A stretch of 49,222 bases of DNA from a bacterium (GCA_043801585.1 JAZDLX010000196.1:1-49222), one strand, 5' to 3'. Positions 37,994-48,473 are shown, numbered from the stretch's first letter. Notes: a model not told the origin generated them from the sequence alone. Made by a program: numbers and translations.

Positions 37994-39844
37994 ATGCATA
38001 CGGCAACAAAACGAAGCATTCTGAACCTCCATCTTCTCGTCACCCTCTTTGTCGCCCTGATCTTCGCACTTCCAGGCCGGGGGCTTGCCAAACCAAAGAG
38101 TGAAGCAAAAACACTTCTTCAGCACGTCAAATACTTGGCGGACGATGATCGGGAGGGACGTGGAATCGGTACGAAAGGGTTGGATGAAGCTGCGGATTAC
38201 ATCGCCAACCAGTTCAATAAAGACGGCTTAGCGCCTTTGTTTTCAGACGGTTACTTCCAACCGTTCACAATGTCTTGGGGCGTTGATGTCCTGCCGGGAT
38301 GCAGCATCACGGGTTCGGGCGGAAGCACTCTCGAATACGGGCAGGACTTCACACCGCTTGGTTTTTCCGGAACCGGGACAGTCTCCGCACCCGTGCTTTT
38401 CGCAGGATACGGAATCACCGCCTCCGAGTATGGATATGACGACTACGAAGAGCTGGACACTGGGGGTAAAATCGTGGTGATCCTCACCGGCGAACCCGCC
38501 GCCGAACGGGAGGCCAGCAAGTTTGCCGGAACCTTTACTACCGACCACAGCACCCTGCGCACCAAGGCGATCAACGCAAAGACCCACGGAGCCGCAGGAA
38601 TGTTACTTGTGCGGCGGTATACCAACGCCGATTCAGAGGATGTGCTGCCCGAACTTCGTGCTGACGAACCCTACCGCGACGCCGGGATTCCCGTTGTTCA
38701 GGTGACACGTGCGGGCTTCGTAAAACTCTTCCCGGACATGAAGCTGGAAAACGCCCAGCGGTCGATTGACCTCAACGAAGCGCCGCGCAGTATGCCCCTT
38801 GGAACGGATTCCCTGACAATGGTGATCAACCTCGAGCGCGGCGAAGTGCCTGTATGCAACGTTGGAGCGTTGATTCCCGGCTCCGATGAGGTGATTGTCC
38901 TGGGAGCCCATTACGACCATCTTGGCTATGGACAGATCGGGACTAACACCCCGGGTGTGCACGAAGTCCACAACGGCGCAGATGACAACGCGTCGGGAGT
39001 TGCGGTGCTGATCGAGGCGGGACGTCTGCTCGCGAAAGCGCACCTCGGACCGACAATCTGGCTGGTCGCCTTCACCGGTGAAGAGGTGGGACTTGTGGGT
39101 TCTAATCACTTTGTGAACAACCCACCCGCGCCCCTTAACCGGGTTCATTTCATGTTGAATTTCGACATGGTCGGCCGGATGCAGGACAACAAACTGACCG
39201 TATACGGCGTTCACAGCGGGGAGGGCATTGAAGCCGCAGCGAAAAGAGCCAACGAAAACATCGGGCTGGACCTGGCTCCTACCGGCGGGGGCTACGGCGC
39301 CTCTGACCAGACGAGTTTTTACGCAAAAGGCATCCCTGTCGCCCACCTCCTCACCGCCCTCCATGCGGACTACCACACTCCAGGCGATGACGTCGAATTC
39401 ATCAACGCCGAGGGGATGGACAGGGTCCTGAAGTTTGCCGTTTCGTTTACGGAAGAGATTGCGAAGTCCGAGACAATGATTAGTTACGTAAAGGGTGCAG
39501 CGCCACAGCAGGGCGAAGGACGTCGTGGCATCCGGGTCTCCTTCGGCATCATCCCCGATTTCAGCCAGCCAGATTCTTTGCGCGGACTCAGACTTCAAGG
39601 AGTTCGCGAGGGAACCCCAGCGGCGGCGGCGGGTCTTCAGGCAATGGACATCGTGGTGAAGATGGGAGATGTGATTGTTGACAACATCTATGATTTTACG
39701 TTCGCCCTGAAGAAACACATGCCCGGCGACGTTGTCGACGTTGTCTATATCCGCGACGGCGAAGAGCACACAACCCAGGTAACGCTTGCTGAATCGCGTG
39801 GACATGGAGGTCCACCTCCGGGCGCAACCGGAGAAAAACACTAA
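37994..39844 (+). CDS. Secreted M28-family aminopeptidase with PA and C-terminal PDZ domains
   Basis: GAHYDH, NGADDNASG, FTGEE, NFDMVG, SD and YH zinc ligands; PA domain FAGYGI; PDZ FGIIPD...PAAAAGL..DI. Confidence 0.93.
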   Translation: MHTATKRSILNLHLLVTLFVALIFALPGRGLAKPKSEAKTLLQHVKYLADDDREGRGIGTKGLDEAADYIANQFNKDGLAPLFSDGYFQPFTMSWGVDVLPGCSITGSGGSTLEYGQDFTPLGFSGTGTVSAPVLFAGYGITASEYGYDDYEELDTGGKIVVILTGEPAAEREASKFAGTFTTDHSTLRTKAINAKTHGAAGMLLVRRYTNADSEDVLPELRADEPYRDAGIPVVQVTRAGFVKLFPDMKLENAQRSIDLNEAPRSMPLGTDSLTMVINLERGEVPVCNVGALIPGSDEVIVLGAHYDHLGYGQIGTNTPGVHEVHNGADDNASGVAVLIEAGRLLAKAHLGPTIWLVAFTGEEVGLVGSNHFVNNPPAPLNRVHFMLNFDMVGRMQDNKLTVYGVHSGEGIEAAAKRANENIGLDLAPTGGGYGASDQTSFYAKGIPVAHLLTALHADYHTPGDDVEFINAEGMDRVLKFAVSFTEEIAKSETMISYVKGAAPQQGEGRRGIRVSFGIIPDFSQPDSLRGLRLQGVREGTPAAAAGLQAMDIVVKMGDVIVDNIYDFTFALKKHMPGDVVDVVYIRDGEEHTTQVTLAESRGHGGPPPGATGEKH

Positions 39845-39873
39845 CCCCGTATTCTGAGTTGTCCGTCTTTTGC

Positions 39874-39907
39874 AAACGAGCTCCGGCCTTCGCCGGGGCT
39901 CGTTTTT
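39874..39907 (+). terminator. Rho-independent terminator
   Basis: AAACGAGCTCCGGC-CTTC-GCCGGGGCTCGTTT-TT. Confidence 0.85.
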
Positions 39908-39964
39908 GTATGCCTCCTTCCGCTCCTGTCCACCTGATCTGATCCTGTCGACTGGGTATGCAAT

Positions 39965-39996
39965 AAAAACGCCCGGGAACCTTGTCCCCGGGCGTT
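39965..39996 (-). terminator. Rho-independent terminator
   Basis: Minus strand reads AACGCCCGGG..CCCGGGCG-TTTTT downstream of the lipocalin-repeat gene. Confidence 0.8.
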
Positions 39997-40016
39997 GAAT
40001 TCCGTACCAGAACAGC

Positions 40017-42221
40017 CTATTGCTTCTGGTATTCCTCGACACGCTCGCTGACGTTATCGTATTCATCGTGTTCGTAGGTCGTGATGAACAGGTTGCCCGA
40101 GATCGAGTATTCGACGACCATGTAGAACTCAACCTCTGGATCGGGAAATGTCTCGATGAGGTCAACGATAATCTTGTCGTGGTCGCCGTTGACGGACCAG
40201 CTGAAGTTGTCCGTCACGACCGTCACACCATCATCCGAACTCGTGCCCGTGTGTGCACCCGAACCGTCATCGTTGAACACGAGCGCTCCGTTGGGGTCTG
40301 GATCCATCGGCGTACCATTCTCGGTGTAACCAACCATGCTCCACGCACCGTAGAGCGCATCGTCAAGTCCGCCCGTCTTCTTGACCAGCAAGACGGTTTC
40401 GCCGTCAGGACCAGCATCCATCAGGCTGAGGTTTCCCGCGCTTACGCTATAGTCCATCACCTGGCCGAAGGGGTAGCCATCGGTGTGCGGAAGGACGATC
40501 ATCTTGCCGTTAGAAGTGGTCCAGTCGAACTCCTGGTCCTTCAACACATCCTGCTGCTGCTGTTCATCGTATTCCATGCCAAGGTAACGTCCAACACCGG
40601 ATGAAGGATCGAACGACAAGTTCATCTGGGGTCCGGGACCCTGTTGCATATCCGAATTGATTGCACCATACGCAACGAACAGGCCCGCCAGATCGGAGTC
40701 GTTTTCGCCGGAGAAACGGTAGAATTTGGTGGCTACTTGAAACATCACTTCTGTCTGGTTCACCTGGTCCCAGTACGACTCCCAGGTTGACCCGATAAGG
40801 ATCGCACTGCCGCCTGAAAGCTCTTCAAGGCTGAACGGCACAACCTGGCCGATCATCGTGGTCGGGTCAGCCTGGAGGAACTTGTCACCTGAAACGCTCC
40901 AGACCAAGGGGTCCGCGGATTCTTGCATCTGTGTTTGCTGGTTTACATCGTCCCACTCTTCGCGACGTTGATACATGATCCCATCATCCGCATTCAGAAC
41001 CAGCGTCATTTCCAAATAGGGCATGGAATCCGGTTGTGGACCCTCGACAACGTACTGTTCGGACATGATAAACGTGCCCAGGTATTGTGCCGGACGATTG
41101 TCTGTAAACTTGATAAAAGTCTGATCCATGGCAGATTCACCATCCGTCTCCGGCACGTGAATCGTCAGATCATCTCCATCGAGAGTGTAGCCGATCTGCA
41201 TGTCCTGCACGCCGGCAGAGTCGGTGACGGTGACATGAAGCAGGCCCGGGACAACCTCTTCCCAGGCAAGCGTCTCTTCGAGGAGGGTCCTATTACCCAT
41301 GCCGTCATCTTCCCACATCTTGAAGCTGCCGGTGCCATCATCGTTGAGGAACAACGTTCCTCCCCGTGAGTAGACGACCTCGCTGGTTCCAGACAGAATT
41401 CGCGAGACGCGGATACCCTGCCGCGAAGACATGGATGAAGCGTCACCGGTATCCATCGAATAGAGGAACCAGGCTCCGACAAGATCCTCGTTGATTGTTC
41501 CGCCGCCGGTGTCGCGCTGAAGAACCATGGTTCCGCCATCCCCCATGGTCATGGTCACCTGGTCGCCCGAGACAGAGTACGACGAAGCAAATCCGGCAAT
41601 GTTGTTGTAAAGGAGAAGGCCGACGTAACCGCCGTTGGTCGCCCAGGTGAAATTGGTTACTTCTGCGTTGTGCGCGGATGTGTAAGAGCCCGTACCGCCG
41701 GAGGAAAGTGCAATCTGGGCGCCCGCCTCGTCTGTGGGGCTGACGACGATCCAGTCTCCAACAAGCGCGGCGTCGCGATCAGAGGCCATCTTGATATAGA
41801 CTTCCGTATTGCCTGTGTTGATGATCGTAAAACGGTTTCCATTTTCCGTCACCGTATACGACACCGTCTGTTCCGCAGGTTCGCCGGGCCGAGGGTTGCT
41901 CATCTGAACGGTAAGCACGCCGTTTTCCGCTGTCCAGAGGAAAGGTTCCACCCAGGTCGTATCTCCGCCTTCATTGTCAAAGTAGATCGAGTAATGAGTC
42001 CCGGTTCCATCCCCGTTAACCATGATGCCCGCGTAATAATCGCCGTTCTCCGGTGAATCTGAAGAGCTGTAAAGCACCCAATTTCCCACGAGCGCCTGAT
42101 CAACCGGCCCGATGACACCATTTTTGTTGTCATCCGGGTTCAGAAGCTGATCGCAAGCCGTAAACATCATCAGCAGTGCAACCATCATCCCCAGGAGAAA
42201 CCACCACCGTTGCCTGTTCAT
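40017..42221 (-). CDS. Acidic lipoprotein with about six tandem lipocalin-like beta-barrel repeats
   Basis: Lipobox FTAC; repeat starts DQALVGNW, DAALVGDW, NEDLVGAW, AQYLGTF, DSDLAGLF and DDALYGAW, with recurring DG.G, F.W and Y.VSG elements. Confidence 0.85.
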   Translation of the reverse strand: MNRQRWWFLLGMMVALLMMFTACDQLLNPDDNKNGVIGPVDQALVGNWVLYSSSDSPENGDYYAGIMVNGDGTGTHYSIYFDNEGGDTTWVEPFLWTAENGVLTVQMSNPRPGEPAEQTVSYTVTENGNRFTIINTGNTEVYIKMASDRDAALVGDWIVVSPTDEAGAQIALSSGGTGSYTSAHNAEVTNFTWATNGGYVGLLLYNNIAGFASSYSVSGDQVTMTMGDGGTMVLQRDTGGGTINEDLVGAWFLYSMDTGDASSMSSRQGIRVSRILSGTSEVVYSRGGTLFLNDDGTGSFKMWEDDGMGNRTLLEETLAWEEVVPGLLHVTVTDSAGVQDMQIGYTLDGDDLTIHVPETDGESAMDQTFIKFTDNRPAQYLGTFIMSEQYVVEGPQPDSMPYLEMTLVLNADDGIMYQRREEWDDVNQQTQMQESADPLVWSVSGDKFLQADPTTMIGQVVPFSLEELSGGSAILIGSTWESYWDQVNQTEVMFQVATKFYRFSGENDSDLAGLFVAYGAINSDMQQGPGPQMNLSFDPSSGVGRYLGMEYDEQQQQDVLKDQEFDWTTSNGKMIVLPHTDGYPFGQVMDYSVSAGNLSLMDAGPDGETVLLVKKTGGLDDALYGAWSMVGYTENGTPMDPDPNGALVFNDDGSGAHTGTSSDDGVTVVTDNFSWSVNGDHDKIIVDLIETFPDPEVEFYMVVEYSISGNLFITTYEHDEYDNVSERVEEYQKQ

Positions 42222-42449
42222 CTTCTCACCTCTCAGTTTTTGCCTCCCATTGTACAGTTGAGAGGCCTGAAGTTATCGACGGTCAGAGCAGAGGCGCAGA
42301 GCCCCTCCATCTCTGTCCATTCCAAGTTTTCGTTATCACGGATTGCGTAAAACGTGGATGCGTCAATTCGGGTTGATCGGCGCAAAAGTCAGCGTTTACC
42401 ATTGAAATGTCGCACAAAACAATGTGACAAAGATGTGTCCCAAAACACA

Positions 42450-43490
42450 TTACATCCGTTCAGGAATTTCCCGGGAGACAGGAGAGTCCTTTTTAGGAAT
42501 TGAATTTACCGAAGTTGCAGTCAAATCCGAAAAAATGAGGACATGGTCAGAAGGTACCGGGCCGTCGCCAAAGACGGGAATTGCGTCAATTGCCGGACGA
42601 CGGTCTTTCTCGCGAATGGCTGAAGCAAGTTGTTCGAGGCGTTTCGCCAGAACTCTGCGGCGCATCAACAGCATCAACCGGGCATAACTCTGCAGGGCGG
42701 TTGCCACTCGCAGGTCACACTGGCCGTAAAGACGTTCACGGCGCCCAATGCAGCGGTGATACAGTTCTTCCGCACGGACCAGATCGCCTCTGTCCCGCAG
42801 AAGGTTTGCATGACGGAAATCCAGCTCGTCCACAAAGGGGTGCTCTTCACCGTAGCGCTCAACGGTATGGTTTCGTACTCTCAGCAGCAGTCCCTCGGCT
42901 TTTGCCACCGACCCGCGGGCCAGCTCGTCGCTGATCCGGCGTAGCACATGCTGCTCCATGCTCGACGCCCGCACAGGTTTTGCAGAATCCTCGGAGCGTA
43001 CAAGCGCCATGTTGAAATCAACACGGCCAAGCAGGCGTTCCACTCGATCGGCGACAGTATCACGGACCGTTCCGAGAAATCCGGGAATTTCAGCAGCGTG
43101 ACGAACGCCGGAATCCTGCGCCATTCGTGTCAACAGAGCAGCCCAATCCTCGCGTGTCAGAGCAAGAGCACCCAGAAGCAGAGTTGTTCCGAGAACTACG
43201 GAGCCGATAAGCAACGCCATCAAAGAGGTGTGGACAGTGACATTTTCGCTGCCCGAATGAAGAGCCTGTTGAGCATCGGGGCCAACGATCAGGTAAAATC
43301 CAAGGAACTGATCGGCGGCCGTACTCTTCCAGGGAGGCACGAGTGCGATGACCAAAAGGAGAAGGGCGGAGACCAACAGTACGACCTGCTGGTGCCGGTT
43401 CAGGTGAAAACGCACGGGATCCTTCACCGGAGTGACGATTTCCCGCACCTCAACAAGATCCGTGATCTTCTTCCGCCTTTGCACAGCCAT
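42450..43490 (-). CDS. Membrane protein with C-terminal TPR (kinesin-light-chain-like) repeats
   Basis: Two TM helices (..LVPPW..); TPR motifs YGEEHP, AEELYHRCIGRRERLYG and VATALQSYARL; start ATG 43490. Confidence 0.78.
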   Translation of the reverse strand: MAVQRRKKITDLVEVREIVTPVKDPVRFHLNRHQQVVLLVSALLLLVIALVPPWKSTAADQFLGFYLIVGPDAQQALHSGSENVTVHTSLMALLIGSVVLGTTLLLGALALTREDWAALLTRMAQDSGVRHAAEIPGFLGTVRDTVADRVERLLGRVDFNMALVRSEDSAKPVRASSMEQHVLRRISDELARGSVAKAEGLLLRVRNHTVERYGEEHPFVDELDFRHANLLRDRGDLVRAEELYHRCIGRRERLYGQCDLRVATALQSYARLMLLMRRRVLAKRLEQLASAIREKDRRPAIDAIPVFGDGPVPSDHVLIFSDLTATSVNSIPKKDSPVSREIPERM

Positions 43491-43812
43491 TCTTCCCCTA
43501 TCCTCAATTATACGAAAGTACGCCAATTTGCATGCTTTCGTGCACCTCTTCTTTTATCGGCCGACCGCCCTGATCACTTCAGACCCGCTGGGGAGGGGGG
43601 GATAAAGGACCCCCCTCACCACCGGCTCCGGATGTTGGTGAAGGGGGTTCCAAAGAATCGGCGCAGATTTCCACGCCGTCCACAAGTTCGAAAAACACCC
43701 ATTTCCGAGCAACTCCCCGCGACTTTTTGGACCTTCGCTCCTGGAGACATCGGAGACTGCTCCCATTCCACCACAATCATAGTTTTCATCATTTCATCAG
43801 CCGTTTTCAACG

Positions 43813-43841
43813 TTGACAGGCATTTGACTATCGCCTACGTT
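43813..43841 (+). promoter_or_regulatory. Sigma70-type promoter
   Basis: TTGACA-N17-TACGTT, about 25 nt before the GGAGG RBS/ATG 43866. Confidence 0.65.
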
Positions 43842-43865
43842 TCCCTATCACCTTCCGGAGGGATC

Positions 43866-46800
43866 ATGGACCCACTTCGATTGAACCGTCGCGACGGCCT
43901 GTTGATTACGGTTTGTGTCGTGCTCTTTGCCGCCAGCGTTTTCATCGGCATCTCTTGGTTTGATGACGCAATGCCCGAAGCATCCATCGATTTCAACGTC
44001 ACACGGTCCGGGGCGGAGCAGATCTCGCTCGCCTGGCTCGACGCTTTGGGCGTTGCTACCCCGGCAGGGGCTCACCACGCGGCGGTTTTCAGCTACGACA
44101 ACACCGCCAAGGTTTTTCTTGAAAAAGAGCTCGGCCTGACCAAGGCACAGGGGTATTTCGGCGACCCCATCCGCCTCTGGTCATGGCGGCATCGCTGGTT
44201 TGTTCCCGGAAAGAAGGAAGAGGTGAGGGTGTTTGTCTCGCCGGACGGAAAGGTGATTTCCGCGAATCACCTTATCGAAGAAGACGCCGAAGGGGCAAAC
44301 CTTTCGAATGATGAAGCTGAAACGATCGCTACCACGTTTCTAAGCGGAACACTTGGCATCAACACCGATTCTGTCACATTCCGGGACGGCACCCAGGAAA
44401 AACGGCCAAACCGAACGGACTGGACATTTACCTGGTACAAAACCGGGTTCTCCCCCGTGGAAGGATCCGAGTACCGTTACGAGGTCACATTGCTCGGCGA
44501 TCAGATCGGTGGACACCGGGAATACCTGCATGTACCCGAAGCGTGGCAGGCGAGCTATTCAAAACTTCGCAGCTACAATCAACTCGCCGGCTCGGTGGAC
44601 GGCCTGTTCATGGTGTTGACATTTCTGGCGATCATTGTCGTTTTTGTGCAGAAGTTGCGGTCAAAAGATATCCGCTGGAAAACATCCCTGATCTTCGGCG
44701 TCATCACTGCAGCTCTGGTGTACACCAACAATCTCAACAGTCTACCGAACTCCCTCTACTACTACGACACAACGACCTCATGGAGTGGATTCCTGATCCA
44801 GGAAATCCTGGTGGGACTGCTGCAGGCTGCGGGCGTTGGAGTGATGATTTCGCTGTTGACCGCGGGTGCGGAATCCATCTATCGCGAAATCCACCCGCAA
44901 GCCCCATCGCTCCCATGGATGTTCACACTCCGTGGCCTGCGGACAAAACGCGCCTTCATCAGCATTGTGCTCGGCGTTACGATGACCGCGTTTTTCTTCG
45001 CTTACCAGGTGATTTTCTACCTGATCGCCCAGAAATTCGGCGGGTGGAGCCCGGCGGACGTGCCCTATGACAACCTGCTGAACACAGCCATGCCCTGGCT
45101 TGCGGTACTGATGATCGGATTCCTGCCCGCTGTCAGCGAAGAGTTCATGAGCCGTATGTTTTCCATTCCCTTCCTGCAGAAACTGTTCAAAGGTCGCTAC
45201 ACCTGGCTTGCGGTGGTCATTCCGGCATTCATTTGGGGGTTCGGTCACGCAACGTACCCGAATCAACCGTTCTGGATTCGCGGCGTTGAGGTGGGGGTGG
45301 CAGGCGTCATCGTAGGGGTAATTTTCCTTCGGTTTGGAATCCTGGCAGCTCTGATCTGGCACTATACCGTGGACGCCTTCTATACCGCATTTCTTCTTTT
45401 GGGAAGCGGAAATCTGTACTTCGTGCTTACTGCCGCCGTCGGCGCCGGTCTCGTGGCCATTCCGCTGCTGCTGACACTTGCGGCGTACCTGCGCACCGGT
45501 ACATTCCTTCCCGAAACGGGTCTGACCAATGCGGAGCTGACCCCTGCGGCGTCACCCGAAAGCCAAACAGGGCCGGGGTCTGTCACGGAGGCGAAGGCGG
45601 AAACCGTGGCACTGCACCTCGATACGAGTCCCCAGCGTCCACCCCTTTCCACGCTGGTGAGACTTCTGCCAATCGCGGTAATCGCCCTGGCTTTTTTAAT
45701 ACAGCCTGAAGAAAAACCAGGTAACTTCTTGAAATTCAATATAAGCGGTGCCGTTGCCGAACAGACCTTTTCAGACAGCCTGCGTGCCACTGGCTGGGCT
45801 GACCCCGACACGATGATTATCCGGGCGACACTCGGCAGCGGAAACCCGGGACCCGCAAGCGAAGAGGCCTGGGCGCTGAAACACCTGCCCACCCTAGCGG
45901 CATTCAACGAACGATTCGATACCCTGATGGGTGTTGGACGCTGGACCGTTCGCGCCTGGACACGGGGAAACAGGCTTCGATTCACGGGCCTTGTCCATGG
46001 GCGAACGGGCAAAATCGTATCAATGTCAGCACTGCTGCCCGAGGAAATGCCGAGCGATTCACTCTCGGCGGACAGTGCAAGAACACTGATCGAATCCGCG
46101 TTAGCCGGCGCAGGTGTTGATGTTTCCCGGCTTACCCTGGCAAACCGGAGTCAGCAAGAGAGACCCTCGAGGCTTGATTACTCTTTCGAATACGAAGCCG
46201 CCCCGGACGACCCCCGGGTCCTCGGAGAAGCCCGGCTGCGGTGGAGTGGATCCGTGCAGGGATCGTACGTCTCCATCATGAACACCCCCCATGACAAAGT
46301 TCCTGAATCGTGGGAACGCGACAGGACCGCCAATACGGGACTCCGTACTGCAAAACGGGTTGCTGTCTTCCTTTTGCAGGCGTTGCTGGTAGGATACGCC
46401 ATCATTCTCCTGCTGCTGCGCACACGCAAGGGCATGGTTGACTGGAAGCGGGTGGCGTTGTATGCGCTGGTCCCCACTTTCCTGCACCTGTTGACGTTGC
46501 CCGGCATGTTCCATCGTCTTGAGCTGACCTATTTCTTCTCTACACAAGTGCCGTGGAATGTCTTTATCGGAAACGGCATTGTCGAGATGGTGATTGTAGC
46601 CATCTTCATCTATGGCCTGTATGTGCTTCTGTTTGCCATTGCGGATGCGTTTTACAAGGGATCTCTCGGTGGCATTGCCCACCCGGCGCGAGATAGTTCG
46701 CCCATCGATCTCGTCGCTGCTGCTGTGGCCGCCCTGGGTGTGTTTGGCGTGATCGTTGGAATCAACGGGTGGCTGACCGTTCACTTCCCGTCATCGGCTG

Positions 46801-47264
46801 TCTTCGACGGATGGGGTGTTCCCGACGTTTTTGGCGGACCGATGCCCGCCCTGGTACTTGCCGGAAGCGGATTTGCCCAGGCGGTGGCCTTTACTGGATT
46901 GGCGATGATTGCAGCGCACCTCTGGAGCGGACCTTTTAAGACCCCCCTACTAAGGGTCCTTCTTTTGGTTCTCCTGACCTTCTTGCTGCAGGATCTGAGT
47001 GCCGTGGGCTCCGGTGAGACAGTGCTGTCTCTCGTCCTCTCGGCTCTTGTCGTGCTGTCCGGGTGGGGAGTCCTGCGATTCTGGATACGCGGCAGTTCAG
47101 CCCGCCTTGCATTAGCTGCGTGGTTGATTGCGTCGCTGCCTGACGCGGTGCAGGGGATTTCGGTCTTTCCTGTTTTCGCAGGAGCCGCATGGTTTGGCAT
47201 CGTGATCATTCTCGCGATTCCGGCGATATGGATCGCACTTGACATGAGGCGAGCAAGGGCCTGA
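43866..47264 (+). CDS. Large CPBP (Abi/CAAX) family intramembrane glutamic protease with internal duplication
   Basis: Motifs SEEFMSR (EExxxR), WGFGH and WHYTVD. The true start is ATG 43866 (GGAGG RBS); the longer ORF extension overlaps the TPR gene. Confidence 0.85.
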   Translation: MDPLRLNRRDGLLITVCVVLFAASVFIGISWFDDAMPEASIDFNVTRSGAEQISLAWLDALGVATPAGAHHAAVFSYDNTAKVFLEKELGLTKAQGYFGDPIRLWSWRHRWFVPGKKEEVRVFVSPDGKVISANHLIEEDAEGANLSNDEAETIATTFLSGTLGINTDSVTFRDGTQEKRPNRTDWTFTWYKTGFSPVEGSEYRYEVTLLGDQIGGHREYLHVPEAWQASYSKLRSYNQLAGSVDGLFMVLTFLAIIVVFVQKLRSKDIRWKTSLIFGVITAALVYTNNLNSLPNSLYYYDTTTSWSGFLIQEILVGLLQAAGVGVMISLLTAGAESIYREIHPQAPSLPWMFTLRGLRTKRAFISIVLGVTMTAFFFAYQVIFYLIAQKFGGWSPADVPYDNLLNTAMPWLAVLMIGFLPAVSEEFMSRMFSIPFLQKLFKGRYTWLAVVIPAFIWGFGHATYPNQPFWIRGVEVGVAGVIVGVIFLRFGILAALIWHYTVDAFYTAFLLLGSGNLYFVLTAAVGAGLVAIPLLLTLAAYLRTGTFLPETGLTNAELTPAASPESQTGPGSVTEAKAETVALHLDTSPQRPPLSTLVRLLPIAVIALAFLIQPEEKPGNFLKFNISGAVAEQTFSDSLRATGWADPDTMIIRATLGSGNPGPASEEAWALKHLPTLAAFNERFDTLMGVGRWTVRAWTRGNRLRFTGLVHGRTGKIVSMSALLPEEMPSDSLSADSARTLIESALAGAGVDVSRLTLANRSQQERPSRLDYSFEYEAAPDDPRVLGEARLRWSGSVQGSYVSIMNTPHDKVPESWERDRTANTGLRTAKRVAVFLLQALLVGYAIILLLLRTRKGMVDWKRVALYALVPTFLHLLTLPGMFHRLELTYFFSTQVPWNVFIGNGIVEMVIVAIFIYGLYVLLFAIADAFYKGSLGGIAHPARDSSPIDLVAAAVAALGVFGVIVGINGWLTVHFPSSAVFDGWGVPDVFGGPMPALVLAGSGFAQAVAFTGLAMIAAHLWSGPFKTPLLRVLLLVLLTFLLQDLSAVGSGETVLSLVLSALVVLSGWGVLRFWIRGSSARLALAAWLIASLPDAVQGISVFPVFAGAAWFGIVIILAIPAIWIALDMRRARA

Positions 47265-47368
47265 AGCCCGGCCCACCGTTCTCGCGGGGAGCCCGGTACC
47301 GCATCTGACGTTCCGTGCGGCGACCGGGCTCTCGCTATCTTGCCGTCCTATTCAACGACGGGGAGTCG

Positions 47369-48427
47369 ATGGAGAAGAAAGAAGAAACCAGGCCGCTGCT
47401 CGACCTGACGCGCGATCAGATGGAAGAGTTGATGATTTCGTTGGGGCGACGCCCGTTCCACGGCAGGCAGATCCACGCCTGGATCCATCGGCGCGCTGTC
47501 GGCGAATTCGACAAGATGACCGACCTCGCCAAAGACCTGCGCACTGAGCTTTCCGAACGATTCCGCGTGGGCATGCCGAACATCCTTGAGGCGGTCACCG
47601 GTGAAGGGCCGGACACCGCGACAAAGTATCTCTTCGAGCTCGATGACGGCGAACGGGTTGAAGCTGTTTACATCCCCTCCGAGGACCGTGTTACCGTGTG
47701 TCTCTCCACGCAGGTGGGTTGCGCCTTTGCCTGCACGTTTTGTGCAACGGGTCTGCTTGGCCTGAAACGGTCAATGACGGCAGGCGAGATCGTCGGCACC
47801 TTCCTTGCCGTTCGGGCCAATTCTCCACGCCCTATCACAAATGTCGTTTTCATGGGCATGGGCGAGCCGCTCGCCAATCTGAGTGAAGTGATGAAATCCT
47901 GGAACGTCCTGACCGACCCGGATGGCATCGCGCTCTCGAAACGGAAAGTCACAGTTTCCACCGTGGGTCTGCCAAACAAGATCCGTGAACTCGCAGCTTA
48001 CCCACACCCGCCGAAGCTCGTCTTTTCGATCGCTTCACCGCATGAAGAGGTACGTAAGAAACTTCTGCCGGTGGCGGGCCGTTTTACCCTGCAGGAAAAC
48101 CACGAAGCGTTGATGGAGTATGCCCAAGCGACGAAACACCGTATTACGGTTGCCCTGCTTGTCGCCAAGGATCTGAACGACGGCGGAGCGGACGTCAAGG
48201 CGCTTCATCGCTGGATCGGCGACCTCCCGGTCAAGGTGAACCTGCTCCGCTACAATGAAGCGGCCGGAAACTTCCGACGTGCAGACGAAGAGGCTGTCGA
48301 ACGGATTGCCGAACAGCTGGCGAACCTTGGACGCACGGTTATCCTGCGCATGAGCCGTGGTCGTGACATCTCCGCGGCTTGCGGCCAACTCGCGGCTCGA
48401 TCCCTGAACCTCCCCGGCGTCCGGTAA
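47369..48427 (+). CDS. rlmN: Dual-specificity RNA methyltransferase RlmN (radical SAM)
   Basis: VCLSTQVGCAFACTFCATG, FMGMGEP, VSTVG, KVNL and DISAACGQL; start ATG 47369 after GGGAG. Confidence 0.9.
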   Translation: MEKKEETRPLLDLTRDQMEELMISLGRRPFHGRQIHAWIHRRAVGEFDKMTDLAKDLRTELSERFRVGMPNILEAVTGEGPDTATKYLFELDDGERVEAVYIPSEDRVTVCLSTQVGCAFACTFCATGLLGLKRSMTAGEIVGTFLAVRANSPRPITNVVFMGMGEPLANLSEVMKSWNVLTDPDGIALSKRKVTVSTVGLPNKIRELAAYPHPPKLVFSIASPHEEVRKKLLPVAGRFTLQENHEALMEYAQATKHRITVALLVAKDLNDGGADVKALHRWIGDLPVKVNLLRYNEAAGNFRRADEEAVERIAEQLANLGRTVILRMSRGRDISAACGQLAARSLNLPGVR

Positions 48428-48447
48428 TCGAAACGACCTGAAACAGC

Positions 48448-48473
48448 GAGGGGGCGCCAGTGCCCCCCTCTTT
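48448..48473 (+). terminator. Probable terminator between convergent rlmN and S8 genes
   Basis: GAGGGGGC...GCCCCCCTC-TTT hairpin. Confidence 0.5.

Noticed and set aside
42948..43865. N-terminal 306-aa extension of the 1438-aa ORF
   Set aside because: It overlaps the opposite-strand TPR gene and the promoter region. A sigma70 promoter and GGAGG RBS point to ATG 43866.
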